NCBI GenBank assembly: GCA_016205975.1
Contig: JACQSK010000007.1
Span: forward strand, 5,328 to 69,327
Reading direction: 5' to 3'
DNA length: 64,000 nt
From: Candidatus Uhrbacteria bacterium
Lineage (GTDB): Bacteria; Patescibacteriota; Patescibacteriia; UBA9934; GWF2-40-263
The translations under genes and the position numbers were made by a program. Every line of letters begins with the position of its first letter. The stretch's first letter is position 1. The notes under the pieces are model-generated. The model worked only from the letters and a program-made list of their open reading frames with translations, searched no databases and was not told the origin of the DNA. This document shows, one piece after another, positions 55,712 through 64,000 of the stretch.

Positions 55712-57922
55712 TTAACGGAGGTGACTTGCCGCGATCGAATAAAGTTTCGATCCGGCTAAAAGATAAATGGTGTAGCCCGCTTCGTCAACCGCAAAGTCGG
55801 TCAGGCCTTCGAACGCGCCGGAGCGATATTGCACGACGAACTCGCCGCTCTCTTTTTCAAATACGATCAGACGGTGGGTGGCGGGTTCAAGGGCATAGAG
55901 GTACCGGCTTTCGGGATTGGTCCACAACCGGATCGCGCTGGTGAGAGGCGGATCCACCACGCCGGCATCCCAGCCGTCCTCGCTGCCGCTGGTAAACCGC
56001 GAGATCCTGCCGTTTTTCATGAGCACATACACGCTGCCGTCGATGGCCAAGGACGCGGCATTATCGAAGGAGACGGTGCGGGAGGTGATCCAGTTGGATT
56101 CGTCGTTGAACGTCGAACCGCTGCGGGAGAAGCGCAGCACCTGGCCCTCGAGTGCGGCAGAGGTCGGACGCAACACGTACAGACGGTTGGCGTAAGCCTC
56201 CAGGTCCACCCAAGAGGCGTGGCTCGCTCCCGTGGCGGTGAGCGTTCCGTCGTCTTGAGAGACAAGCGACACGGCGCCGTCATCGCCTAGAACATAGACG
56301 CGCCCTTCTTCCTCGGAGGCGGCGCGCGCGGGAGTGCCCTTGGCGTCATCTCCTACGACGACCTCGAATCGTTTCGTCTCGCGGTTGAACACATAGACGC
56401 GGCCGTCGGAACCGAACACATACAGCGCGCCCGCGCTTGAGAGCAGACTGTTGCCGAACACGCCGTCCACCACGCTCGCGAGGTCGCCCAGGAGCGGGGG
56501 ATTGGGAATGGTGACGAGGTGGCGGATTTCGTCCAGCGCGCTCTCCAGGCTGCTTTGCAGCTCTTGGGATTTGGCCTCGCGCTCAGGCGTGTCTGTGCTG
56601 AGGTTTTCGATGAGCGTCTGGGCATTCAGGTAGAGGCTTCTCGCTTGGTCTTCGTCTTTGTAGATCACGGCGCCGCCCGCGCGCTCCATGAGGTCCTCAA
56701 TGGTGACGAGACTTTCCTGGTAGGTTGTTTCCTCGGCGGTGCGCGCTTGGGAACGCGAGAGGAAGATAATGCCTACGATCAGGACGAGGACCGCCACGGC
56801 AATGCCCAGGATCAGAAACTGCGTGCCGCGCGGGACGCGTTGCGTTTGGCGGATGAGCGAGCGCAGCTGGGTCAGGCCGTGTTCCTTGCTGAATCGGATC
56901 CGTTTTTTCAGGCGTGTGCGTTCTTGTTCGCTGGCCAGGGTCTTGATGGCCGTGCGGGCGTGGTGAAAGGCGCGCTTGCCAAGGAACAGGAGGACATGCA
57001 GCAGCAGGCGGGCGATGCGTTTGAAGGTGGCAGCCGTTGAGTCGCGGGCATTCAGGTCTTGGAGGATGCGTGATTTCGAACGCGTTCGGTTTTTGGCCCA
57101 CAAGAGGACACGCTGAACCAAGGAAGAAAGTTTCGGACGCTGGTCTTCCAAGAGGTCATGGGTGGAGGACTCCATGCGTTGAAACTCTCCCACGGAGACG
57201 TCCGCCCGGAGCACGGCCGTTCGTTCGTCGTTGCCGAGCGCGTGTGCATCGGCGTCGGAAACTTTGAGTACCACGAGCAGCAGGCCGTCCTTGTGTGAGA
57301 AGTACTGACGCACTTTTTCAACCGCGCTCACCGGGGGAAGGGTGGAGAGGATCTGGTTCAGCTCGTCTGGGACGATGGCGCGCTGGAGGTCCTTGTCGCA
57401 GACGCAGAACACGTCACCCGGATGCAGGTCGCCGTCCAACACGACCGCAAAGGTTTTTTCCCAGGTGGGAAGGGACTGTTCGGTTTGGATGCCGCGGAAG
57501 AGGTTGAAGATTTGGTAGCGCTGGGAAGGTTTTTTGTGCAGGAACAGCGCCGTGAGCTCGCCGGTTCCCGACAGGAACATCTGGCGCGCGGAGGCCACGC
57601 CCACCAGCGCGTGGACGTGCTCGATAGGAAGGACGAAGCGGCCCTCGCGCACGGAGGCGGACAAGGTCTCGTTGAGCGCACCAAGGAATTGTTCAAAACG
57701 GTGTTGGGGGTTTGCCTCCTTGCCGAAGGAGTCGGCCAGGCGGTGCATTTGGTCGTTCAGGATTTGCAAGAACGCCTCTGCGTCCGCGTTGTCCTTTTTC
57801 GTGTAGCTCAACATGAACACAAAACCTCCTCGGTCTTGGACGGGGAGGAGCAGCGAAACACCCCGAATGTGTTCATCCGGAGATTGCGGTTGATAGTGTG
57901 CAGCTTTCAGCTCGGTGGCCAT
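55712..57922 (-). CDS. Membrane protein with a degenerate PP2C-like N-domain, TM helix and beta-propeller
   Basis: GDLHPGDVFCVCD; TM ILGIAVAVLVLIVGIIFL; repeated YVL/YVF blades. Confidence 0.7.
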   Translation of the reverse strand: MATELKAAHYQPQSPDEHIRGVSLLLPVQDRGGFVFMLSYTKKDNADAEAFLQILNDQMHRLADSFGKEANPQHRFEQFLGALNETLSASVREGRFVLPIEHVHALVGVASARQMFLSGTGELTALFLHKKPSQRYQIFNLFRGIQTEQSLPTWEKTFAVVLDGDLHPGDVFCVCDKDLQRAIVPDELNQILSTLPPVSAVEKVRQYFSHKDGLLLVVLKVSDADAHALGNDERTAVLRADVSVGEFQRMESSTHDLLEDQRPKLSSLVQRVLLWAKNRTRSKSRILQDLNARDSTAATFKRIARLLLHVLLFLGKRAFHHARTAIKTLASEQERTRLKKRIRFSKEHGLTQLRSLIRQTQRVPRGTQFLILGIAVAVLVLIVGIIFLSRSQARTAEETTYQESLVTIEDLMERAGGAVIYKDEDQARSLYLNAQTLIENLSTDTPEREAKSQELQSSLESALDEIRHLVTIPNPPLLGDLASVVDGVFGNSLLSSAGALYVFGSDGRVYVFNRETKRFEVVVGDDAKGTPARAASEEEGRVYVLGDDGAVSLVSQDDGTLTATGASHASWVDLEAYANRLYVLRPTSAALEGQVLRFSRSGSTFNDESNWITSRTVSFDNAASLAIDGSVYVLMKNGRISRFTSGSEDGWDAGVVDPPLTSAIRLWTNPESRYLYALEPATHRLIVFEKESGEFVVQYRSGAFEGLTDFAVDEAGYTIYLLAGSKLYSIAASHLR

Positions 57923-57993
57923 ACCCATTTGCTCTCAACGGCTCGTTTGTGTACATTATACTCGAGTTGTTTCAAGGCGCAAATGAAGCCATT

Positions 57994-58599
57994 ATGAGTA
58001 AAAAACCGTTCAAGCTTGAACAGATGTTTGGTTCAAAGACGCGCGCGCATCTGTTGGCGCTTTTTCTTCAGCATCCCGACGAAGCCTTCTTTGTCCGCGA
58101 GCTGACGCGTCGAATCAACGCCCAGCTGAACTCCGTGCGCCGCGAGCTGAAGAACTTGGTTGACCTGAACCTCATCACAGAAAAAGTCGGGACAGACAAG
58201 CACGCCAAAAAACTTTCCGAGAAAAAAAAATACTACTGCGTGAACACGGATTTTATTCTCTACGAAGATCTGCGCTCTTTTTTTCAAAAGGTGCAGATTC
58301 TTTTGAAGCAGAATCTTGTCCAAGAGATTGAAGAGAAGGGCCGCGTCGACTACTTTGCTTTTACCGGCAGGTTCGTGGACGCACCGGATATTCCGACGGA
58401 CATTTTGATCGTGGGCGCGATCAAGCAGACGGATCTGGAAAAGATGATTGGGAAGTTCGAGGCGGAGATCCCCTATGAGATCAACTACACGCTTATGCCC
58501 AAGGATGAGTTTTTAGATCGCCGCCAGGTGGCGGACCGCTTCCTTTTTTCCGTGTTGAACGGCGAGAAGGTCGTCATGATCGATCGGCTCCATCCCTAG
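57994..58599 (+). CDS. Winged-HTH plus nucleotidyltransferase-like protein
   Basis: FGSKTRAHLL, FVRELTR..NSVRRELKNL; TDILIVG. Confidence 0.8.
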   Translation: MSKKPFKLEQMFGSKTRAHLLALFLQHPDEAFFVRELTRRINAQLNSVRRELKNLVDLNLITEKVGTDKHAKKLSEKKKYYCVNTDFILYEDLRSFFQKVQILLKQNLVQEIEEKGRVDYFAFTGRFVDAPDIPTDILIVGAIKQTDLEKMIGKFEAEIPYEINYTLMPKDEFLDRRQVADRFLFSVLNGEKVVMIDRLHP

Positions 58600-58602
58600 C
58601 GT

Positions 58603-59010
58603 ATGGAACTCGCTTTGAGCGCACAGACGGTTGGGAGCGTGTCGATTGCCTTGATGGATGGCGCGCGCGTTCAAAAAAAAAGCGACGTGGACGCCGCTCC
58701 TGACCAATTCCTGAAGGCCATTGCCGAAACGCTCGGTGCCTGGGGCGTCCCCCTCTCTTCGTTCACGCGAATCGTCGTGGTGGTGGGCCCAGGTTCATTC
58801 ACCTCGTGCCGCGTCATCACAACCATCGCCAACGCGATCGGCTTTACCCAGACGATACCGGTTGTGGGTGTGGAGAATCCCGACCATCGCCCCTTGGATG
58901 AGCTTTCGATTCCGGAGGATGCCTCCGCGTTCGCCGTTCCCTCCTACGACCGTCCACCGAACATTACCAAGCCGCATTCCACCCGCATGGGGATAAATAG
59001 AGTGGAATGA
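58603..59010 (+). CDS. tsaB: Short TsaB-like protein
   Basis: VVVGPGSFTSCR..ANAIG..IPVVGV; P.Y..PPNIT. Confidence 0.8.
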   Translation: MELALSAQTVGSVSIALMDGARVQKKSDVDAAPDQFLKAIAETLGAWGVPLSSFTRIVVVVGPGSFTSCRVITTIANAIGFTQTIPVVGVENPDHRPLDELSIPEDASAFAVPSYDRPPNITKPHSTRMGINRVE

Positions 59011-59072
59011 GTTGTCTTCAGGTGATACATTAAACCCAATCGTTAATTCATTTTTTTAATCAAATCCTCTCT

Positions 59073-59753
59073 ATGCCTTTTTCCTATGCCGTGCTTCAAG
59101 AGCCACTCTTAGAGCTCTGGAACACGATCGTCGCTTATCTCCCCAACGTGATCGGGGCGGTTCTCGTTTTCCTCATCGGCGTCATCGTTGCCCTGATTTT
59201 GCGCAGCGTGATTGTCAAAGTCGTCGCCGTCTTGCGCATTGACGAGCTGGCTCGCAAGCTCGAGCTCACGCATCAGTTTGAGCGCGTTGGTCTGCGCCTG
59301 CACATCGGCGGGCTGTTGGGATGGATCGTGAAGTGGTTCTTCGTCATCATCGGCCTCATTGCCGCCACGGACATCTTGGGATGGGAACAGGTGACGGATT
59401 ACTTGCAGCAGGTGGTGCTGTTCGTGCCAAACGTGATCATTGCCGTGATCATCCTGTTGGCTGGAATCTTGTTGGGCAACTTCGTGCAGAACGTCGTCAA
59501 GTCGGCCGTGGAAGCCGCGTCGCTTGCGAGCGCCGATTTCCTCTCAGGCATCGCCAAGTGGTCGATCCTCATCTTCAGCTTCATGGCGGCGTTGGTTCAG
59601 CTCCAGATTGCCCCCGAGCTCATCCGCGTGCTCTTCACGGGGCTTGTGGCTCTGTTGGCGCTGGCCGGCGGCCTGGCCTTTGGTCTGGGCGGCAAGGAAC
59701 ACGCGCATCAATTCTTGAACCGTCTGAAGAAAGATATTTCTTCCGAGCGATAA
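59073..59753 (+). CDS. TM-helix repeat / MscS-related membrane protein
   Basis: YLPNVIGA, FVPNVIIA repeats; AFGLGGKE. Confidence 0.8.
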   Translation: MPFSYAVLQEPLLELWNTIVAYLPNVIGAVLVFLIGVIVALILRSVIVKVVAVLRIDELARKLELTHQFERVGLRLHIGGLLGWIVKWFFVIIGLIAATDILGWEQVTDYLQQVVLFVPNVIIAVIILLAGILLGNFVQNVVKSAVEAASLASADFLSGIAKWSILIFSFMAALVQLQIAPELIRVLFTGLVALLALAGGLAFGLGGKEHAHQFLNRLKKDISSER

Positions 59754-61238
59754 ATGGACGACCGCTACACGTACGGAAATTTGCGTTTTTGGGAAGAGTT
59801 CCCCGGCCTCTTGGTTTGGGGGACTTTTGCTCTTGCACTCAGCTTGTCTTTCTTGCGGCCCTTATGGGTGATCGTGTTCATCCTCGTGTTTGATCTGCTC
59901 TGGCTCTACCGCGTGCTCTACTTCAATATTTTCGTTGTCATCTCTTGGAGGCGTTACCACGCCGCTGCGCGCACGGACTGGCAGAGCAAGCTTGCGGAGG
60001 TCCCTTCCTGCGCGCGCGTGCATCACCTCGTTTTTTTGCCGACCTATCAAGAGACGTATGCCATCATTCGCGAGACGCTCAAGTCGTTGAAGGAAAATCC
60101 CTTTCCCAACGATCGGATCATCGTGGTGTTGGGAGGAGAAGAAGCGGACGGGGAGGCGTTTGGCAAGCACGCACAGCGCGCCAAAAAAGAATTCGGGTCC
60201 GTGTTCAAGGAGCTGATCGTGACCGTGCACCCCAAAGGGCTCTCGGGGGAGATCCCCGGCAAGGGGTCGAACTTGAACTGGATGGGTCATCAGGTGGAAA
60301 AGGTTTTGAGTGAGACGTATCCCCACATAGCCGATGAGGATATCGTCGTTTCCGCTTTCGACGTGGATACGATCGCGCATCCGCAGTATTTTTCCTACCT
60401 TGCGTATCTCTATTGTACGGTTCCCGAACCGACGCGCAGCTCCTACCAACCCATCGCCATGTTCTCCAACAACATCTGGAGCGCCTCGGCGCCTGTCAGG
60501 ATCGCCGCGTTTGGAACGACGTTCTGGCTCTTCGGTGAGCTCACGCGCGCCGATCGGCTGTGGACGTTCTCCTCGCACTCTATGCCCTGGAAGATGTTGA
60601 AGGACGTGCGCTTCTGGCAGAAGGACATCGTGAGCGAGGACTCGCGCATCTTCATGCAGGCGTTCCTTCACTATCATGGCGACTACCGCGTGACGCCGAT
60701 GTTCCTGCCTGTCTCCATGGACGCCGTGACCGGCAAGACGTACCTGGAGTCCTTGAAGGGCCTGTATGTGCAGATGCGGCGCTGGGCGTGGGGTGTGGAG
60801 CATCTGCCGTACTTGGTGCATGGGTTCAAACGGGACAAGCAGATTTCAGGCTGGAAAAAATTCCGTTATTTTTTCAACCACGTGGAGGGGATGTACACGT
60901 GGGCCACGGCGCCTATCACGATGTTCGTCTTGGGCTGGCTGCCTCTGTGGGTCGCCAAAGGGGAAACCAATGCGCTCATCCAGGCAGCCCCGTTTACCCT
61001 GGAACAGCTCATGCAGTTTGCCATGGTCGGTATTTTGATCTCGGCCGTGATGTCCTTGACGCTTCTCCCTCGCCGTCCTCAGGAAGTGCGCAAGCATGCC
61101 TGGGTGGTGATGGGCCTGCAGTGGATCCTCTTGCCCGTGACGTTTATTTTGTTCGGTTCCTTTCCAGCGATCGACGCCCAGACGCGGCTGATGCTTGGGA
61201 AGTACTTGGGGTTTCATGTAACCAAAAAGACGAGGTAG
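59754..61238 (+). CDS. Membrane GT2 glycosyltransferase
   Basis: PTYQE, GKGSN, DVD, SEDS, QMRRW (QxxRW). Confidence 0.87.
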   Translation: MDDRYTYGNLRFWEEFPGLLVWGTFALALSLSFLRPLWVIVFILVFDLLWLYRVLYFNIFVVISWRRYHAAARTDWQSKLAEVPSCARVHHLVFLPTYQETYAIIRETLKSLKENPFPNDRIIVVLGGEEADGEAFGKHAQRAKKEFGSVFKELIVTVHPKGLSGEIPGKGSNLNWMGHQVEKVLSETYPHIADEDIVVSAFDVDTIAHPQYFSYLAYLYCTVPEPTRSSYQPIAMFSNNIWSASAPVRIAAFGTTFWLFGELTRADRLWTFSSHSMPWKMLKDVRFWQKDIVSEDSRIFMQAFLHYHGDYRVTPMFLPVSMDAVTGKTYLESLKGLYVQMRRWAWGVEHLPYLVHGFKRDKQISGWKKFRYFFNHVEGMYTWATAPITMFVLGWLPLWVAKGETNALIQAAPFTLEQLMQFAMVGILISAVMSLTLLPRRPQEVRKHAWVVMGLQWILLPVTFILFGSFPAIDAQTRLMLGKYLGFHVTKKTR

Positions 61239-61239
61239 C

Positions 61240-61953
61240 CTACCTCGTCTTTTTTAAGACGGTTCTCGTTTCGAACCCTCCGCGATCGGCGCGTTTTTTT
61301 GTTTGGATGAGCTGGAGCTGTTCGCGCGGTGTGCCCGTGATTGCGGTGAGGCTGTGGATGACCTCAAGTATGTCGGCGAGCTCCTCCGTATCTTCGCTTT
61401 CGAGATACTCGAGAACTTCCTCGCAGAGCTTCGCACGTAGGCGTTCTTTATATTCTTGTTCGTCTGCCGCGTAGAAGTCTGCCGTCTGGCCCTGCGCCTG
61501 GACGATCTCGACGATTTTGTCGCGTACGAGTTTGTCGTGGCAGACGTACAGCGGGTGATAACCTTGGCGCAGAAGCAAGTCCACGGGGGAGAACCGTGGA
61601 GAGGGAAGCGCCTCCCACGCAAACCACTCCCAGCCTGAACACTTATCGGGTTCACAGACGCGCGGCTCTCCCGAGGCCCAGTCGGCTCGCATGAAGATCG
61701 TGATGTAGTGCGTGCCCCATGCGGGGATCGGATCGTTGACCACGGCGGCAAAACGGACATTCTGGATTTCGATACCGACTTCCTCGCGCGTCTCCCGCCT
61801 GGCACAGTCCTCCCAGCTCTCCCCAAACTCAAGGTGCCCGCCAGACGGGCTCCATGTTCCCGCGCCGTGTGCGCCTTGCCGCATTCCCATAAGTACCTTG
61901 CCGTCTTTGACGACCAGGACGCCGATTCCTACTCTCGGTCGTTCAGCGTTCAT
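61240..61953 (-). CDS. NUDIX hydrolase fused to a MazG-like / PRA-PH domain
   Basis: [23 protein letters not shown] Nudix box; [33 protein letters not shown]. Confidence 0.85.
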   Translation of the reverse strand: MNAERPRVGIGVLVVKDGKVLMGMRQGAHGAGTWSPSGGHLEFGESWEDCARRETREEVGIEIQNVRFAAVVNDPIPAWGTHYITIFMRADWASGEPRVCEPDKCSGWEWFAWEALPSPRFSPVDLLLRQGYHPLYVCHDKLVRDKIVEIVQAQGQTADFYAADEQEYKERLRAKLCEEVLEYLESEDTEELADILEVIHSLTAITGTPREQLQLIQTKKRADRGGFETRTVLKKTR

Positions 61954-61993
61954 ACGTTGTTTTCCTTCAGGTGTTTGTTATCATACAGCCTGT

Positions 61994-63040
61994 ATGGCCT
62001 CAACCGTGAGCATCAATATCGTGGCGTGGAACTCGATGTCCTTTATCCCGGACCTTATGAAGTCCATTATGGCCCAGACCTATCGGGACTTCAATGTGCT
62101 CGTGATTGATAACGGATCCACCGATGGCGTGGGCGCTTTTCTGCGCGAGCACTACCCGGACGCGATGACGATCAGGAACGCGCGCAACCTCGGCTTCAGC
62201 GCGGCACACAACCAAGGCATCCGCTATGCGCTTGAACACTGGGATGCGTCAGAAGCGAACGCGCGATTCATCCTGGTCACCAATCCAGACATTCTTTTGA
62301 CGCCTACCTTTTTGGAGGAGCTCATGGCCGCGGCGCGTGCGCATCCTGAGGCCGGGAGCTTCGGCGGCAAGCTCTTGCGCGCCTTTGGCGAGAACCTGTC
62401 CGATGAAGTGATGAAAGAAACGATCCACTCAGACCGGATCGACTCCACGGGCCTGCGCCCTCACCGTAATCTCACTGTTACGGATCGTGGGGCAGGGGAA
62501 TTGGATCAGGGACACTACGATGCGCTGGAACCTGTCTTTGGCGTGAGCGGCGCGCTTGCGCTCTACCGCGGCGGAGCCTTGCAGGAGGCGCGACAGGACG
62601 ACGAGATTTTTGATCAAGATTTTTTTGCGTACAAGGAAGACGTGGATCTGGCCTGGCGGTTACAGCAGCTGGGCTGGGACGCCATCTATGTCCCGCAGGC
62701 CAAAGCATATCACTATCGTGGCATGTACGGCCCGGAGAAAACCGGGATGTTCCAAAAGCTCAAAAACTGGCGCAGCAAGCCCGCTATCCGCAATTATCTT
62801 TCTACCCGCAACCACTGGCTCATGCTCATAAAAAACATCCAGCCTATCCACGCACTTCTCGCGCTCCCATGGGCGCTTCCCCATGAGGTCGCCCGCTTCC
62901 TGTATGTCGCCGTGTTCGACCAGGGTATCAAGGCATCCTTCAGCGTTCTGCGTCTTCTTCCTTCCCTGTTCAAAAAACGGAGCCTCATGCGCGCCAAGCG
63001 CAGGCGGCCGGCGCGGGAGCTCCGACGTTGGTTCATTTAG
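61994..63040 (+). CDS. GT2 glycosyltransferase
   Basis: VIDNGSTD, NLGFSAAHN, NPD, YKEDVDL. Confidence 0.9.
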   Translation: MASTVSINIVAWNSMSFIPDLMKSIMAQTYRDFNVLVIDNGSTDGVGAFLREHYPDAMTIRNARNLGFSAAHNQGIRYALEHWDASEANARFILVTNPDILLTPTFLEELMAAARAHPEAGSFGGKLLRAFGENLSDEVMKETIHSDRIDSTGLRPHRNLTVTDRGAGELDQGHYDALEPVFGVSGALALYRGGALQEARQDDEIFDQDFFAYKEDVDLAWRLQQLGWDAIYVPQAKAYHYRGMYGPEKTGMFQKLKNWRSKPAIRNYLSTRNHWLMLIKNIQPIHALLALPWALPHEVARFLYVAVFDQGIKASFSVLRLLPSLFKKRSLMRAKRRRPARELRRWFI

Positions 63041-63054
63041 GGTATAATAGAGCC

Positions 63055-64000
63055 ATGCCTCACTCCCAAGAGTACCTCGAGCGCATCGAACCAGACGCCA
63101 TGCGTCATCATCGTGCCCGCGCGCGGACTACGCGTTTATTTTTCGTGTTCACGGCCGTGGCTGTCGCGTTCTGGATGCTCGCCGTGATCGTGAGCGCGGT
63201 TTGGGTGTTTGACCGCACGCTCACCGCGCGTGATGGTTTGCTTGCGACCCATGAGCAAGCCTTGGCGTTCTCGTTTGATGAAGCGTCAGCGTCGCTCCGT
63301 GACTCGCAGGACTCGCTCGCACAGGCGCAGCGTTTCCTGCCCGTGCTCGTTTCGGCGCGCTGGATGCCGTTTCTGGGGAGTCGCGTCGAGGCGTTTACAC
63401 GCGTCATTCGCTCAGGCCACGATACGATCGCGGCGCTCGCGCCGTTGTTTGATTTAGGCAGCGACCTCATCCAACTTTCCGGGCTCTCGCAGGAGTATTT
63501 GAAACAGATGCAGGATGGCCTTGTCCCAGGGGTCACGTTCGGTGATCTCTCCACACAGACCAAACGCGCCATTCTCCAGCGCTTGAGCGCTTCCGCGGAC
63601 GACCTGGAACTCCTTTCCGCTCAGATGGCGATCATTGAGGACGAGCTCTCCGTGCTTGTGCGGGAGATGCCCTCAGACCTTGTGCGGTCGATCACGCTCC
63701 CGTTACTCTCTGAACTGAACCGGGTCGGGAGCGAGGTGAAGCTCGTCGGTTCCTTTGCGCGGCTGCTTCCCGCCTTTGCCGGACTCGACACGCAAGCGAC
63801 CACGCTTCTCCTCTTTTTGAACAACGAAGAATTGCGTCCAGGCGGGGGGTTTATCGGTTCCTACGGCGTGCTCAAGACGTTTGGGGGAGACATCGCCGAA
63901 CTTGAGACGGAGGACGTGTACGCCCTGGACGACGCCGCCGCGGGAAAAATCACGCCCCTGATCGCCCCCTTGCCCCTGCAACGCTACAACGGTGCCACCA
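63055..64000 (+). CDS. DUF4012-family protein (runs off the window end)
   Basis: TM segment, coiled region, LLLFLNNEELRPGGGFIGSYG. Confidence 0.8.
   Translation, partial: MPHSQEYLERIEPDAMRHHRARARTTRLFFVFTAVAVAFWMLAVIVSAVWVFDRTLTARDGLLATHEQALAFSFDEASASLRDSQDSLAQAQRFLPVLVSARWMPFLGSRVEAFTRVIRSGHDTIAALAPLFDLGSDLIQLSGLSQEYLKQMQDGLVPGVTFGDLSTQTKRAILQRLSASADDLELLSAQMAIIEDELSVLVREMPSDLVRSITLPLLSELNRVGSEVKLVGSFARLLPAFAGLDTQATTLLLFLNNEELRPGGGFIGSYGVLKTFGGDIAELETEDVYALDDAAAGKITPLIAPLPLQRYNGAT

Overview
A 64-kb, gene-dense chromosomal segment. Gene content and style (short EF-Ts, archaeal-type UMP kinase, DUF3048/DUF4012 proteins, truncated TsaB, mostly SD-less core genes) suggest a Patescibacteria/CPR bacterium; this is an inference. 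Housekeeping genes include secE-nusG-rplK-rplA, gyrB, rodA, rplY, rpmE-prfA, prmC, queA, rpsB-tsf, gap-pgk-eno-gpmI, nth, mltG, a UvrD helicase, malic enzyme, lexA-dinB, metK, xseAB, pyrH and rplJ-rplL. Stand-alone accessory genes are interspersed. Main finding: between secE and gyrB, an array of eight ~48-nt stem-loop units (8576-8992), each with two 9-nt variable spacers around a conserved GNRA mini-hairpin, lies upstream of an IS110/Nop-fold gene (8445-6938, one frameshift). This matches a stem-loop TIGR-Tas RNA-guided system, but the RuvC-like domain seems to have lost its catalytic acids. Second: a ~720-nt unit (17986-17265, minus) with no credible ORF, its own promoter and terminator and at least eight stable-tetraloop hairpins, a candidate large ncRNA I cannot assign. 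Also seen: a possible orphan DGR target gene, a three-gene cassette-like block with repeated palindromes and terminators, GTTC-N7-GTTC boxes at lexA, and small palindromic or tandem repeats inserted in genes and leaders. All calls were made by eye; no searches were run.
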